DNA of 63,874 nt, filler included, from Stramenopiles sp. TOSAG23-2 (taxonomy: Eukaryota): the NCBI GenBank assembly GCA_900128395.1. It is 7 parts of 7 records of this genome, joined end to end, with 100 filler letters (N's around TTAATTAATTAA, not from the genome) between each part and the next. Parts side by side here need not be neighbours in the genome. Positions count along the whole stretch, not along the records: positions 36,630 to 45,662 come from LT650132.1; positions 45,763 to 54,771 come from LT650133.1; 5 more parts are not named here. The stretch is one strand, 5' to 3'. Each line of letters starts with the position of its first letter. The stretch's first letter is position 1. Of this stretch, positions 41,041-51,211 are shown in pieces. Position numbers and translations under genes: made by a program. The notes beneath the pieces were generated by a model, which searched no databases, was not told the DNA's origin, and saw nothing but the letters and a program-made list of their open reading frames with translations.

Positions 41041-43638
41041 ATGACATCTATTGCAAATGATGATAACAATAGCAATGATAATCAGAAAAATTTTGAATCA
41101 AATATTGATATCTCCAAATTAACGATTGGTGAAATGATAGGCCAAGGCAATTTTGCATCTGTCCATAAAGGTACATATGGAGATGATAAAGAGTTAGTTG
41201 CTGTTAAGAAACAATCTTTAGAAGACCCAGAATTATTGAAATATGTCCATTCTGAAATTGATATATTAAAGACGATTAAACATCCAAATGTTTTACATTA
41301 TATTGGAATATGTTTCTTGCCAAAAGAAAATAGCTTATATATAGTAACGGAATATTTAAATGGTGGTGATTTGCGAGATTTTATTATTAAAGAATCAACT
41401 AAAGTAACAGATGGAGTGGGGAACATTGATTGGAGATTACGGACAAAAATTGTCATGGATATTGGAAATGCTATTTATTATTTACATTCGCATAATCTAA
41501 TGCATCGTGATATCAAAACAGATAATGTGATTTTATCAAGCGATCAACGTTTCGTTTTGTGTGATTTTGGCTTTGCAACGTTTGTAGATAAAGCTAAACG
41601 CAGAAAAACATTAACCTCTGCAGAAGTTGAACGTCGACCACAACGTACAATGTCTTTTTGCGGTACAGATGAATTTATGAGTCCAGAACAAATGTTTGGA
41701 ATCAGATATGGTTTTCCATCCGATGTATTTTCATATGGTATATTTATTGCAGAAGTTGTATCAGGAAAAGCACCAGGTGTAGATGGGCATTTGTTACGAT
41801 ATCCACAAAATGGATTCTGTTTTGAAGATGATGAAGAATTACGAAAGATGATGCCAAAAACAGCGCCTTATTCTTTGGTAGAACTATGTGTTCAATGTTG
41901 TGCAGCAGAACCAGATGATAGACCAACTGCATATGATGTATATGAATGGGCACGAGAATTATATGATGAATTAAAAGGTAGTAGTATAATAAATCCCGGG
42001 GATAACCAAGAGGATGCAGTAGATGAAAATTACAATGAGAAGAAAAGCAATGTTAGTAATGTTACGGATATTGATGGAAACAATACATTACTAGAAAAAG
42101 AAACGCAAAATGATGGAAACAATGAAACAAGCGATAGTAATAGTAATAATACACAAGAAGAAAATAAAACCAATACAAACAATAATAATAATAATGATAC
42201 TTCATCACCATCTAATAAAGGAAAACATAAAAACAAACGAATGGGCAATAAAAGAAGGTCCTCCATAATTAACGCAGAATTTGACGATAGAACCTTTAAT
42301 TTAGATTTAAATGCATTAGAATTCAATACAGTAGTAAAAAAAACAGATGTTATAACTGCTCAAATAGGCACATACAATGATAATGTCGTATTTGTGAAAA
42401 CAATAAAATTTGATACAAATAATTTCGCAAATGATACAACTCCGTTTAAAGAAGAGTTAGATGTCTTAAAAAATCTATTCCATACAAACGTAGTGAAATA
42501 CATTGGTGCAACTGTTAATGTTGATGAAGGCAATGTATATCTTTGTATGGAATATTTAAGTGGGGGCACATTGCATGATTTTTTGATTTCAAAACATGGT
42601 GGATTGAATAATACTTTTCCATGGACTTTAAAATTGCATTTTGCTACTGAACTGTGCAGTGCATTGAAGCATTTGCACAATCGAAATATTGTACATGGAG
42701 ATTTACGCAGTAGTAAGATTATGTTGTCAAAAGGTATGCGGCTTGTTCTAAATTACTCTAGCATTTGGGACAACAGTAGCAATAGACGTAGTTCTGATAA
42801 TGATCAAGGTCGAAAATTGTTCTGTGCTCCTGAGATATACGAGGAAAAAAATAGATTAACAAAAGATAAATTTACATGGGCTACTGATATGTTTAGTTTG
42901 GGATTGATTTTGTTGGAAATTGGATGTGGAAAATCAATATCAAAAACATTTCCAAAACGTGATGTTAATAATAATTATAGTATTTACAATACAGAATTTT
43001 TAGAGCAACATCTTTTAACAGAGAATGATAAAATAGAGGAAATATCGCAAAAATATTATGGAATTTGTACAGATGCGTGCCATTTCAATCCTTCGAATCG
43101 ACCAACTAGTTATGAATTGCATGATAAACTTACTGATTTATCCCATGCAAGTCATAAAGCTACTGCTAGAAATGCTACTAATAATATTGTAAGAAAGAAA
43201 GAATTTGAAAGTAAAAAAATGTATCGTGGTAAAACATATAAAAGCTTAAAAACTATTACAGGAAAGCAACAAACCGTTGATGTGGATTCGTTAACATTTA
43301 TGAAAACTGGAGAGTATGAATTTGCTGGAATATTGCAAAAGCGTGGTAGATGGAATCCACAATGGAAATCACGCGCGTTTGCAATACGAAAAAGTGCAAT
43401 TGATTACTTTCGATGTGATAATAATAAAACCCAACAAATCGGTAGTATACCATTTGATAGTTTAATGGTATTTGAGAAAAATCAAGTTGCAACTGCTGTA
43501 CCAAAAAAAAATAGATTGTTTAAGTTATGTACTCAACGAAGGACATATTATTTACAAGGAAAAGATGAAAAAGAACGTGATCAATGGATACAAGAAATAA
43601 ATAAAGTTTCGGAAACATGGAGAGCATCCATGCAATGA
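41041..43638 (+). CDS. TKL (LISK-like) kinase + pseudokinase + PH domain
   Basis: Domain 1: IGQGNFASV, VAVK, HRDIKTDN, DFG, GTDEFMSPE, DVFSYG. Domain 2: HGDLRSSK, no DFG, no Gly loop. C-terminal PH: GILQKRG..WKSR..RTYYLQ..ERDQWIQEI. Confidence 0.88.
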   Translation: MTSIANDDNNSNDNQKNFESNIDISKLTIGEMIGQGNFASVHKGTYGDDKELVAVKKQSLEDPELLKYVHSEIDILKTIKHPNVLHYIGICFLPKENSLYIVTEYLNGGDLRDFIIKESTKVTDGVGNIDWRLRTKIVMDIGNAIYYLHSHNLMHRDIKTDNVILSSDQRFVLCDFGFATFVDKAKRRKTLTSAEVERRPQRTMSFCGTDEFMSPEQMFGIRYGFPSDVFSYGIFIAEVVSGKAPGVDGHLLRYPQNGFCFEDDEELRKMMPKTAPYSLVELCVQCCAAEPDDRPTAYDVYEWARELYDELKGSSIINPGDNQEDAVDENYNEKKSNVSNVTDIDGNNTLLEKETQNDGNNETSDSNSNNTQEENKTNTNNNNNNDTSSPSNKGKHKNKRMGNKRRSSIINAEFDDRTFNLDLNALEFNTVVKKTDVITAQIGTYNDNVVFVKTIKFDTNNFANDTTPFKEELDVLKNLFHTNVVKYIGATVNVDEGNVYLCMEYLSGGTLHDFLISKHGGLNNTFPWTLKLHFATELCSALKHLHNRNIVHGDLRSSKIMLSKGMRLVLNYSSIWDNSSNRRSSDNDQGRKLFCAPEIYEEKNRLTKDKFTWATDMFSLGLILLEIGCGKSISKTFPKRDVNNNYSIYNTEFLEQHLLTENDKIEEISQKYYGICTDACHFNPSNRPTSYELHDKLTDLSHASHKATARNATNNIVRKKEFESKKMYRGKTYKSLKTITGKQQTVDVDSLTFMKTGEYEFAGILQKRGRWNPQWKSRAFAIRKSAIDYFRCDNNKTQQIGSIPFDSLMVFEKNQVATAVPKKNRLFKLCTQRRTYYLQGKDEKERDQWIQEINKVSETWRASMQ

Positions 43639-43709
43639 GTATTAATATGTACATATTTTCTGTATATATATATAATATTTCTATATATAACGCGCATGGA
43701 AGGATAGAA

Positions 43710-43896
43710 ACCTACTTGTGCTTGTAGAGTATTAGTTTGCAGAGGTGCATTAGAGCTTTACTATAGTAGGATAACATATTATTCTTGCGATTGACNNNNN
43801 NNNNNNNNNNNNNNNNNNNNNNNNNNNNNNNNNNNNNNNNNNNNNNNNTACTTAACACGAGAAGTGTAAAATTATTATAACTTAGATTTTAACCAT
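43710..43896 (+). repeat. Dispersed repeat family B copy containing a scaffold gap (43796-43848)
   Basis: Matches 30555-30702 on both sides of a 53-N gap that has no linker. Confidence 0.85.
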
Positions 43897-44226
43897 CATT
43901 ATTATATACCATTTAATCATTTTTCATTATTTTGTGTGTTATTAATTTTTATTTCTTCTTTCTTTTATGTGTTGTTTTAAAGTGCCACGTGTTATAAGTA
44001 CCTTTATATAATGATATTTACCTGCTAGTATAATAAGAAAAAAAATATTTATAATTATAGCGTTAGTATTATATATATATACTATTACATCTATAGAGCT
44101 ACACCAAACATAACATGTATATATATATGTATATTATTATATCAAGATCCCATATATCATCATTACAAAGTACATGTAAAATACCATACAGATTCAATAT
44201 ACAATTTGCTAATAATATATACAAAT

Positions 44227-45516
44227 ATGGAACAATCAAATCTAATGATTGCTGTATTCATAGTAGTTATCGCATATTTATGTTCAACTTTTAGTAATCT
44301 GGAAGAATTTAATGAGATTCAAAAAATTTCAAGATTTTGGTTAAACTTAACAGAAATTGTAAACCGTTCCTCAACTTTTCAAACAAAATACGACTTGCTT
44401 CGATCATTGCCAACAGGAGATGAAAGCTGGAGGAATTATCGGCGTGTAGAAGTTCAATTGTTAAAATGGCATTATGAAATGTACTCGATACAAACATCAT
44501 TGTCTAACGATATGGATACCGCTCATACTAAACTATTATTAAGCGCACTGGCAAATGAAAAAATGAAAAACAATGTTAACAAGAAAAAATATAATAATAA
44601 TAAATATGATAATAATAATGATAATAATAAAAAATATGATAAATATGGCGGCAGGAACTTGTATGATGATGATGATGATGATGATGATAATTATGATGCT
44701 AATATTTACAATGAACGCAAAAGAAGTAAAAAATATTTGTATGTCAATAATAAAAAATATGCAAAATATGGTGATGAAAATGATCGACGTAATAATCTCC
44801 ACAACAATGAGAAGAACAAGCTAAACAAACAACAACAACAACAGCAACAACATCCATCATTATCATCTCCAAGTCAATATGAAAATAATGGCAACAATGA
44901 TGAACATATGAATACAATGACTAATAATGAGATCGATGTTCAATTATCGAGTGGGACATTAAAATGGCTTACGCATATATTGACTATTTACACTATTATA
45001 TGTGTAATTACGTCTGTTTCGCAAAATTCAGGGTTGATTATTTTAACTCTTGCATTAACTTTAATTTTAATGCCAATGGTGTTTAAAGGAAAACAAATCA
45101 ACGATAATTTGACAGATGCCATTGTAAATTTACGATTAAGACAAGTACAATTAGCTGGTGTTTTTCCATCCTCTAGTAAATCAGAAATGATTGCACAACA
45201 TTTAATATTACAAAAAATTGATGTAATAGCAGATTATTGGGAAACGCAAACACTTGGTTTAAAATTTAAAATTCCATTTATTGAATATGAAATATCATTG
45301 GAAGATGAAGTCTTAGGAGGTATGATAATTGCAAATATTTTAAAATTACTAGAAATTTTCGTATTTCCTTCTTTTGGTGGTGATAATAATGGTACTACAA
45401 AATCTGATAATAATGATGTTGTGGATATTAATGATAACAGTACATATACCAGTAACAATAATTTAGTTGGTAATACAAGAAGAAATACAGTTACACCTGC
45501 ATCATTCAGTAGATGA
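44227..45516 (+). CDS. Membrane protein with an Asn/Asp-rich insert, unknown function
   Basis: ATG at 44227; several hydrophobic helices; long ORF. Confidence 0.65.
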   Translation: MEQSNLMIAVFIVVIAYLCSTFSNLEEFNEIQKISRFWLNLTEIVNRSSTFQTKYDLLRSLPTGDESWRNYRRVEVQLLKWHYEMYSIQTSLSNDMDTAHTKLLLSALANEKMKNNVNKKKYNNNKYDNNNDNNKKYDKYGGRNLYDDDDDDDDNYDANIYNERKRSKKYLYVNNKKYAKYGDENDRRNNLHNNEKNKLNKQQQQQQQHPSLSSPSQYENNGNNDEHMNTMTNNEIDVQLSSGTLKWLTHILTIYTIICVITSVSQNSGLIILTLALTLILMPMVFKGKQINDNLTDAIVNLRLRQVQLAGVFPSSSKSEMIAQHLILQKIDVIADYWETQTLGLKFKIPFIEYEISLEDEVLGGMIIANILKLLEIFVFPSFGGDNNGTTKSDNNDVVDINDNSTYTSNNNLVGNTRRNTVTPASFSR

Positions 45517-45662
45517 TTTTGATTTATAAAAAAATATCTCTCTATGCATAGAGAAAATATTTTAACTCGATATAAAATACAACAAAAAAACATGTATAAT
45601 GTTTTTGTGATTTAATTAAAAAAAAAAAAAGCTTAGTGGTGATATTCCAAATAAATGTGTAT

Positions 45663-45762
45663 NNNNNNNNNNNNNNNNNNNNNNNNNNNNNNNNNNNNNN
45701 NNNNNNTTAATTAATTAANNNNNNNNNNNNNNNNNNNNNNNNNNNNNNNNNNNNNNNNNNNN
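45663..45762. other. Artificial contig linker
   Basis: N-run + TTAATTAATTAA + N-run. Confidence 0.98.
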
Positions 45763-46027
45763 CAAAGAATACAATAACTGAGACAAATCTATCTCACTAA
45801 ACTGAAAGATGGACAATAAATCGTAACATTGCGATAGAGTTCATTGAAATCCACAGAGTGTGTCAATATTATACGTTCGTATATTATATATTAAAAATGA
45901 TATGATATGATATCATATCATATTATAATGGGAACAGTTTAGTGAGATAGATATTACTGTCTCAGTTATTATATTCTTTCTGGAGAGTAGGAATTATCAT
46001 GAGTAAATTAAAAAATAAGTTATGCAT
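45763..46027. repeat. Two inverted family A copies (reverse 45763-45872, forward 45935-46027)
   Basis: ATAACTGAGACAAATCTATCTCACTAAACTG versus CAGTTTAGTGAGATAGATATTACTGTCTCAGTTAT. Confidence 0.85.
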
Positions 46028-46120
46028 TAATTATAATATTATAATATGTACATGATATCCAATACTTTAATTTATTTATTTATTTATTTTATTATTTCAT
46101 GAAGTTCAATCCGGCCATTC

Positions 46121-46322
46121 ACCGATTTTCGGTACAAATTTTAGTATACTTAAAAAATATATTATCTATCAAATACACAAATTAATCCAAAACGCACTAA
46201 CATACAGTACTACACATTAGGCCGATACCAGGTAAAATCTAACTCGAGACTAATTTCTAATTTGTGTATTTGATAGGTAATATAGTGTTTAAGTATAATA
46301 AAAATTTGTACCGAAAATCTGT
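46121..46322. mobile_element. MITE-like element with ~60-bp imperfect terminal inverted repeats
   Basis: GATTTTCGGTACAAATTTT..TATACTTAAA..TATCAAATACACAAATTA (46124-46184) is inverted at 46258-46319. The right end reads CTG|TA, as in Tc1/mariner. Confidence 0.7.
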
Positions 46323-46729
46323 AACAATTATATCGGGTCTCGCTACTTGTACATTCAGCAACGACAATTCAATGCTATGTTCATAGTCCTATTCAAATTT
46401 TCAAACAATGCTATCCCCTGGTCCTATTTTAAGGACTGAGCTTCGTGCGTAAAGAAAACTTTTTAATGCTATTTTATGCTATATAGACATAATGTTTATA
46501 TGATGTGACAAACAAAACATAGTATTACTATGGTGCTATGAGACAAACACACAAAATATACGAGGCGTAGATATATAGATACAAATACACAAATACAAAA
46601 TCGCTTACGCGTAAAGATACAATAAAATATATAAAAACAAAATAAAAATAAAAAGTAAACAAAAAGAATCTAACAATATTAAAACATCGTTAAAAAAAAA
46701 GCTGTATAATTTACATTAATCGAACGACT

Positions 46730-47857
46730 ATGAAATTGGCATTAATCTTCATTGCCTTAACAGTTCATTCTGTGTTTTGTTTTCCATTTAAAGAAGAATT
46801 GGTAAACCCATCATTGTTAGCATCGCTGCATGGGCGAGAACTTAATGGTGCTCTTGCAGTGTTACAAGAAGATACCACATTAGCTATCGGTCCATGTACA
46901 ACTGATGAATATGGCTCCTTGAGTAACTACAACCAATATTCCGAAAATGATGCGAAAGTTACACATGCAGTGGATCGAGGAAACGTCAACATCACCTTGC
47001 AAAGCCCAAATCCAATTGTGGGAATAAAATCTACTCCATCTTGTTCTCAATTAAACATTGAAAACTGGGAGAAATCATCGAATAGTAGGTCATTGACATT
47101 CACTGACTCACTTGATAATTTAGCGCCATGTTTCGAAGTTGTTCAAGGAGATGGTTGTGGATACGATTCAATCTTTAATTCAATTAAATTTACTGAATTG
47201 GTAAAAACGGATGGGCATTACCATCAATGTTTTCCCATACATGACGGTACAAAACAAGTACAAATCACCTCAGGAGATCAAGTATTCGAGTACCTTACTC
47301 CAAACTGTGCGAACAATGAAGGTGAAAATTTCCGAGTCGATCTTCAAGCTAATCTTACGAAATTCGCGAAGGGAAATTTATTGTCGGCGGAGCATTTTCC
47401 TTTGCTGAGTATAATGAAAGTACACGTTGCAATGGATTGCACCGCCCCATACGTATGTGATGCAATTTTAGTTGAAAAAGCTGGAAACAAGTTACTGTTT
47501 TTTAACGCGGGGCGCCAAAACTGGCAACATGACGATATTACAACAAGTGTGACTGAGCTATTAATAAAAGCAAATGAAAAATGCCAAGTGGAAGGAAATT
47601 TGGTCGTGCATTACCAAGCCACATGTCGAAATGACGTGCCAAAATGCGCTGAGCCATTCAAGAACATATTTCAACAACAAATTCTGTTGGAGTTAAATTC
47701 ATATCATTCAATTTACTTTCTAAATCTTTCATTGTTCGTTTTTCATAATCTTCCCTGTCTTTCATTTGCTTTTGTACTTCCTCTCTCTTTTTGTTATATT
47801 CATCGTTCCTTTCTGAACGCGCATTTTTTTCTCTTTGTATCTTTTTTTGGACTTTAA
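46730..47857 (+). CDS. Secreted Cys-containing protein, unknown function; true 3' end uncertain beyond ~47660
   Basis: Signal peptide MKLALIFIALTVHSVFC. The last ~65 codons are antisense to the neighbouring gene. Confidence 0.6.
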   Translation: MKLALIFIALTVHSVFCFPFKEELVNPSLLASLHGRELNGALAVLQEDTTLAIGPCTTDEYGSLSNYNQYSENDAKVTHAVDRGNVNITLQSPNPIVGIKSTPSCSQLNIENWEKSSNSRSLTFTDSLDNLAPCFEVVQGDGCGYDSIFNSIKFTELVKTDGHYHQCFPIHDGTKQVQITSGDQVFEYLTPNCANNEGENFRVDLQANLTKFAKGNLLSAEHFPLLSIMKVHVAMDCTAPYVCDAILVEKAGNKLLFFNAGRQNWQHDDITTSVTELLIKANEKCQVEGNLVVHYQATCRNDVPKCAEPFKNIFQQQILLELNSYHSIYFLNLSLFVFHNLPCLSFAFVLPLSFCYIHRSFLNAHFFLFVSFFGL

Positions 47858-49742
47858 TTTCACGTTCAACTTGATCGATATTTTTAATTGTAACCCCATA
47901 TGTTTCTAAATTTTCCTCCTCAAATTTAATTCCAAATTCTTTGGCTTCTTTTTTAATTCGTTGAACACGTTCAGCATTTAAATGATCTCTACGTTTTTGT
48001 GCTGCTGCAAAATCATGATCTCGTTGCACTTTATCAGCTTTTTCTTTCTCTTTTTTCTCCGCTTCCAATTGTTCTTCTTCTGATAATTTAGACATCTTCC
48101 ATTCTTTTATTTTTCGTTTGTTTTCTTCAAAATATTCTTTTTTCTCCTGTGCTTTTCTTTCCCTTCTTTCTTTTCGCATTTGGATTTTTTTCTTACGTTC
48201 CTCTTCTTTTTTCGCTTTCTCATCTTCCTTTTCCTTTCGTTTGATGCTTAACTCCGCCTTTAATTGCTTTTCACGTGCTTTGCGAATACGCTCTTTTTTT
48301 CTTAGTAATTCTTCATATGCACGATCTTCTTGCTTTTTCCTGATCTTGAATTTCGATTTTTGTTTAAGTGCTTGATATTCACCGTCTACTTTTTTTCTTG
48401 GAATATTTTCAAAAAATCTTAGATATATGAATTTTTTAGAATCGCGTTGTTTTGGCTCGTATATAGACAAATCAGCCTCTGTTCTCAAATTTTTTGGATA
48501 CGATTTATTTAAACGAGTTAATCGTCCTTGTGCTCTTCCGTCACAACACGCATCAGCGATTTCGCGCAAAATGTCAATCATACCACGGGCTAGATTCATA
48601 TCTTTTAATGGAATATTAGCCATGGCACTATATCCAAATGCAGGTCGTTTCTTTTTACCACTGTACTTATTTTTATGTGATAATTCATTTTCCAAATCTC
48701 TCCCGGTATGCAATGCATGTCCACTATTGTACATTTTCCCACTTTTAGTATCTAATAATTTGGTATTTCCACTTCGTACGGGGCCGAAGCGAGGTGTTTG
48801 CGTATTAAATGGACGCTTAACACCTTCAAGATATGCCTTTTCTTTCCTTAAAATCTTTTTCACAGGAGTAGGAACTTCTTTTTTTGGCACATATAAACGA
48901 TCAATTGTGACTTTTGTTTTTGCATCTGGTTCACGCAATTGTTTTTTTGGCTTTAAATGTAAATGTTTAATGTTTTTACTAGCACCGTAAATCGCTTTTT
49001 TATCTGCTATTATCAAACACTCACGTACCAATGGATTTTGAGTAACAATTCGAGTTTGCAATTCACTTTGCTTTGCCCTTCGCATTGCAACTAACATTTT
49101 CTGAGCTTGTGAAAATGCTAATAAATCATCAAAGTATTCATCTTCATTTTGCTGACTTTTTAAAAGATCATTCACAATTTTAGCACCAAACGTTTCATCC
49201 ATCGTGGCGTGTTTTGGTCGTTTAACTTCGCGAGGCGTTAATGTATGTCCAGCACATCCCAGCAAAGATCGAATCCATCGTAATACATCTGCACCTTTGC
49301 CATTATCCGCACCCCAAGACATACCACGTGATAATGCACCTGGTGTACGTAAAAGTGTAATTGCTTGTTGTGGTGCAATTTTCAATGCTTGTACTAATAT
49401 GATTAACCAAATCTCCCCAAATGTTTCCACAGATGATAGTGTTATATTTGGATCTTGCGTTAATAATGCTGCTGTTTGTTCTAATATATCCCCACCTTGT
49501 TGTTGTTGTTGTTGACCTTGTTGCATCATCATTTGTGGTGGTTGCATGGGTGGTGGACCACCTTGTTGCATCATCATTTGTGGTGGTGGACCTCCTTGTT
49601 GCATCATTTGTTGTTGTTGTTGTTGTTGTTGCATCATCATCATTTGTTGTTGTTGTTGTTGTTGTTGCTGTTGAGGAGTTAAATTTGGTGCCATCATTTG
49701 CGGTGGTTGGTTTGTATTTTGCATCATCATTTGTTGATTCAT
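47658..49742 (-). CDS. Gln/Met-rich N-terminus + K/E coiled-coil protein, unknown function
   Basis: 694-aa ATG ORF; poly-Q, QQGGPPPQMMM repeats, long charged helix. Confidence 0.75.
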   Translation of the reverse strand: MNQQMMMQNTNQPPQMMAPNLTPQQQQQQQQQQMMMMQQQQQQQQMMQQGGPPPQMMMQQGGPPPMQPPQMMMQQGQQQQQQGGDILEQTAALLTQDPNITLSSVETFGEIWLIILVQALKIAPQQAITLLRTPGALSRGMSWGADNGKGADVLRWIRSLLGCAGHTLTPREVKRPKHATMDETFGAKIVNDLLKSQQNEDEYFDDLLAFSQAQKMLVAMRRAKQSELQTRIVTQNPLVRECLIIADKKAIYGASKNIKHLHLKPKKQLREPDAKTKVTIDRLYVPKKEVPTPVKKILRKEKAYLEGVKRPFNTQTPRFGPVRSGNTKLLDTKSGKMYNSGHALHTGRDLENELSHKNKYSGKKKRPAFGYSAMANIPLKDMNLARGMIDILREIADACCDGRAQGRLTRLNKSYPKNLRTEADLSIYEPKQRDSKKFIYLRFFENIPRKKVDGEYQALKQKSKFKIRKKQEDRAYEELLRKKERIRKAREKQLKAELSIKRKEKEDEKAKKEEERKKKIQMRKERRERKAQEKKEYFEENKRKIKEWKMSKLSEEEQLEAEKKEKEKADKVQRDHDFAAAQKRRDHLNAERVQRIKKEAKEFGIKFEEENLETYGVTIKNIDQVEREIKVQKKIQREKNARSERNDEYNKKREEVQKQMKDREDYEKRTMKDLESKLNDMNLTPTEFVVEICS

Positions 49743-49802
49743 ATTTATATATATTATGAGGAAGAATCTACTCCAGCAGCGGTCGAAATATGTGAATACA
49801 TT

Positions 49803-50807
49803 ATGTCTATGGCAAGTGATGATGATACGTCGGTGGAAGATTTGACATCAGTTATTGTTGGTTTAGATATTTCATCGCATTTTAATGAAATGGATTTAAA
49901 TAAACAAACCCAATTAGTTGAAAATTTAAAACAACGTATTAAAAATAAAGATAATAATAATAATAATAATAATACAACAACGACAAAGGTAGAAGAAGTT
50001 ACCAACATTGATAAAAATATTGATAACGCTTTAGCCACTTCAACAAATAAGAAATCATCAAGTAGACGTAATAGAAGAAGAAATAAAAAGAAAATTATAT
50101 TACGAAAAGTTACGTCAGATGATTCAAAACCAGAAACAAAAAAAGATGATTTAGATTCAAATCATCATCAAAATAATAATAATAATAATAATAATACTGT
50201 ACATAATAATAATAAATCTTCATCGACGACGAAAATAAATGATGGCTTATCTTCATCTTCTACCAATGGAATAAAAACGGCAACAATAACAAAACAATGG
50301 ACTTCAAACAATTTAAAAACATTATCTGAATTAGCACCAGAAAATACAAATGAAGAACTTTTATCTTATATATTATATAAAGAATGCAATGGTAATTTAC
50401 AAGAAGCGGCATTGTTTTTAACTATGAATGATATGAATGTAATTTCCAAAAAAATGAGTACAGCAAAGAAAAAACAACTAGAAAAAGAAACGTTGGAAAA
50501 AGAAAAATTAGCTGCAATCGAAAAGAAAGAACATCGAATGATGTTAGATAAATTTTTAGTGGTGAATGATAATAATAATAATAGCAATGCTAAAAAAAAT
50601 AAAACAAAAGTCGCAAAATCAATCCGTCGTGAACAACGTAAAGCGCAAGAATTAAAAAAAAATAAACCAATGATGTACTTAAATGGACAAAAAATGGGTA
50701 ATGGCGTGAAAACAGTTGATGTGAAAAAGAAAAATGAATGGGTCAATCCAAATCCATCAAGTGGTATGATTTATCGTAAATCACAACGATTAAATTCAAG
50801 AAGGTAG
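49803..50807 (+). CDS. CUE-domain protein (CUEDC2-like), N-terminus possibly truncated
   Basis: EICEYIMSM..VEDL helix; CUE-like LSELAPEN..LLSYILYKECNGNLQEAALFL; basic C-terminus. Confidence 0.6.
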   Translation: MSMASDDDTSVEDLTSVIVGLDISSHFNEMDLNKQTQLVENLKQRIKNKDNNNNNNNTTTTKVEEVTNIDKNIDNALATSTNKKSSSRRNRRRNKKKIILRKVTSDDSKPETKKDDLDSNHHQNNNNNNNNTVHNNNKSSSTTKINDGLSSSSTNGIKTATITKQWTSNNLKTLSELAPENTNEELLSYILYKECNGNLQEAALFLTMNDMNVISKKMSTAKKKQLEKETLEKEKLAAIEKKEHRMMLDKFLVVNDNNNNSNAKKNKTKVAKSIRREQRKAQELKKNKPMMYLNGQKMGNGVKTVDVKKKNEWVNPNPSSGMIYRKSQRLNSRR

Positions 50808-50997
50808 TGTGTACCAGTGTGTGTGTGGTGTTCGGTAGTGATTTTTCCCATTATTTGTTGTACGACACTAATTTAGGTTTTTTAAAAATTAATTTTAAAT
50901 ATTATAATGAATATTTTATAAAAAGGTTTTTTGCAGGAATTTTATCATATTTTAATTTAAAGATATATATATATATATTATATATATATATATATAT

Positions 50998-51046
50998 AAT
51001 AAAATGTTCTCTTACTCATATATCATATATATTATATAAATTTCTT
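50998..51046 (+). repeat. Dispersed repeat family C
   Basis: AAAATGTTCTCTTACTCATAT..TATATAAATTTCTT as at ~29507; reverse copy at ~60156-60203. Confidence 0.7.
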
Positions 51047-51211
51047 ATATAATATGTCATTATCATATATCATTACCAAAAATAGTAAAAATTGATCCTC
51101 CTGCATATGCATACTACCAGTATCATTACTCTTTTTTTGAAATACATATACGAGTATTATATGTGCGTGTTCATTTTAATACACTGATTAATATATAAAG
51201 CATCTAATATC

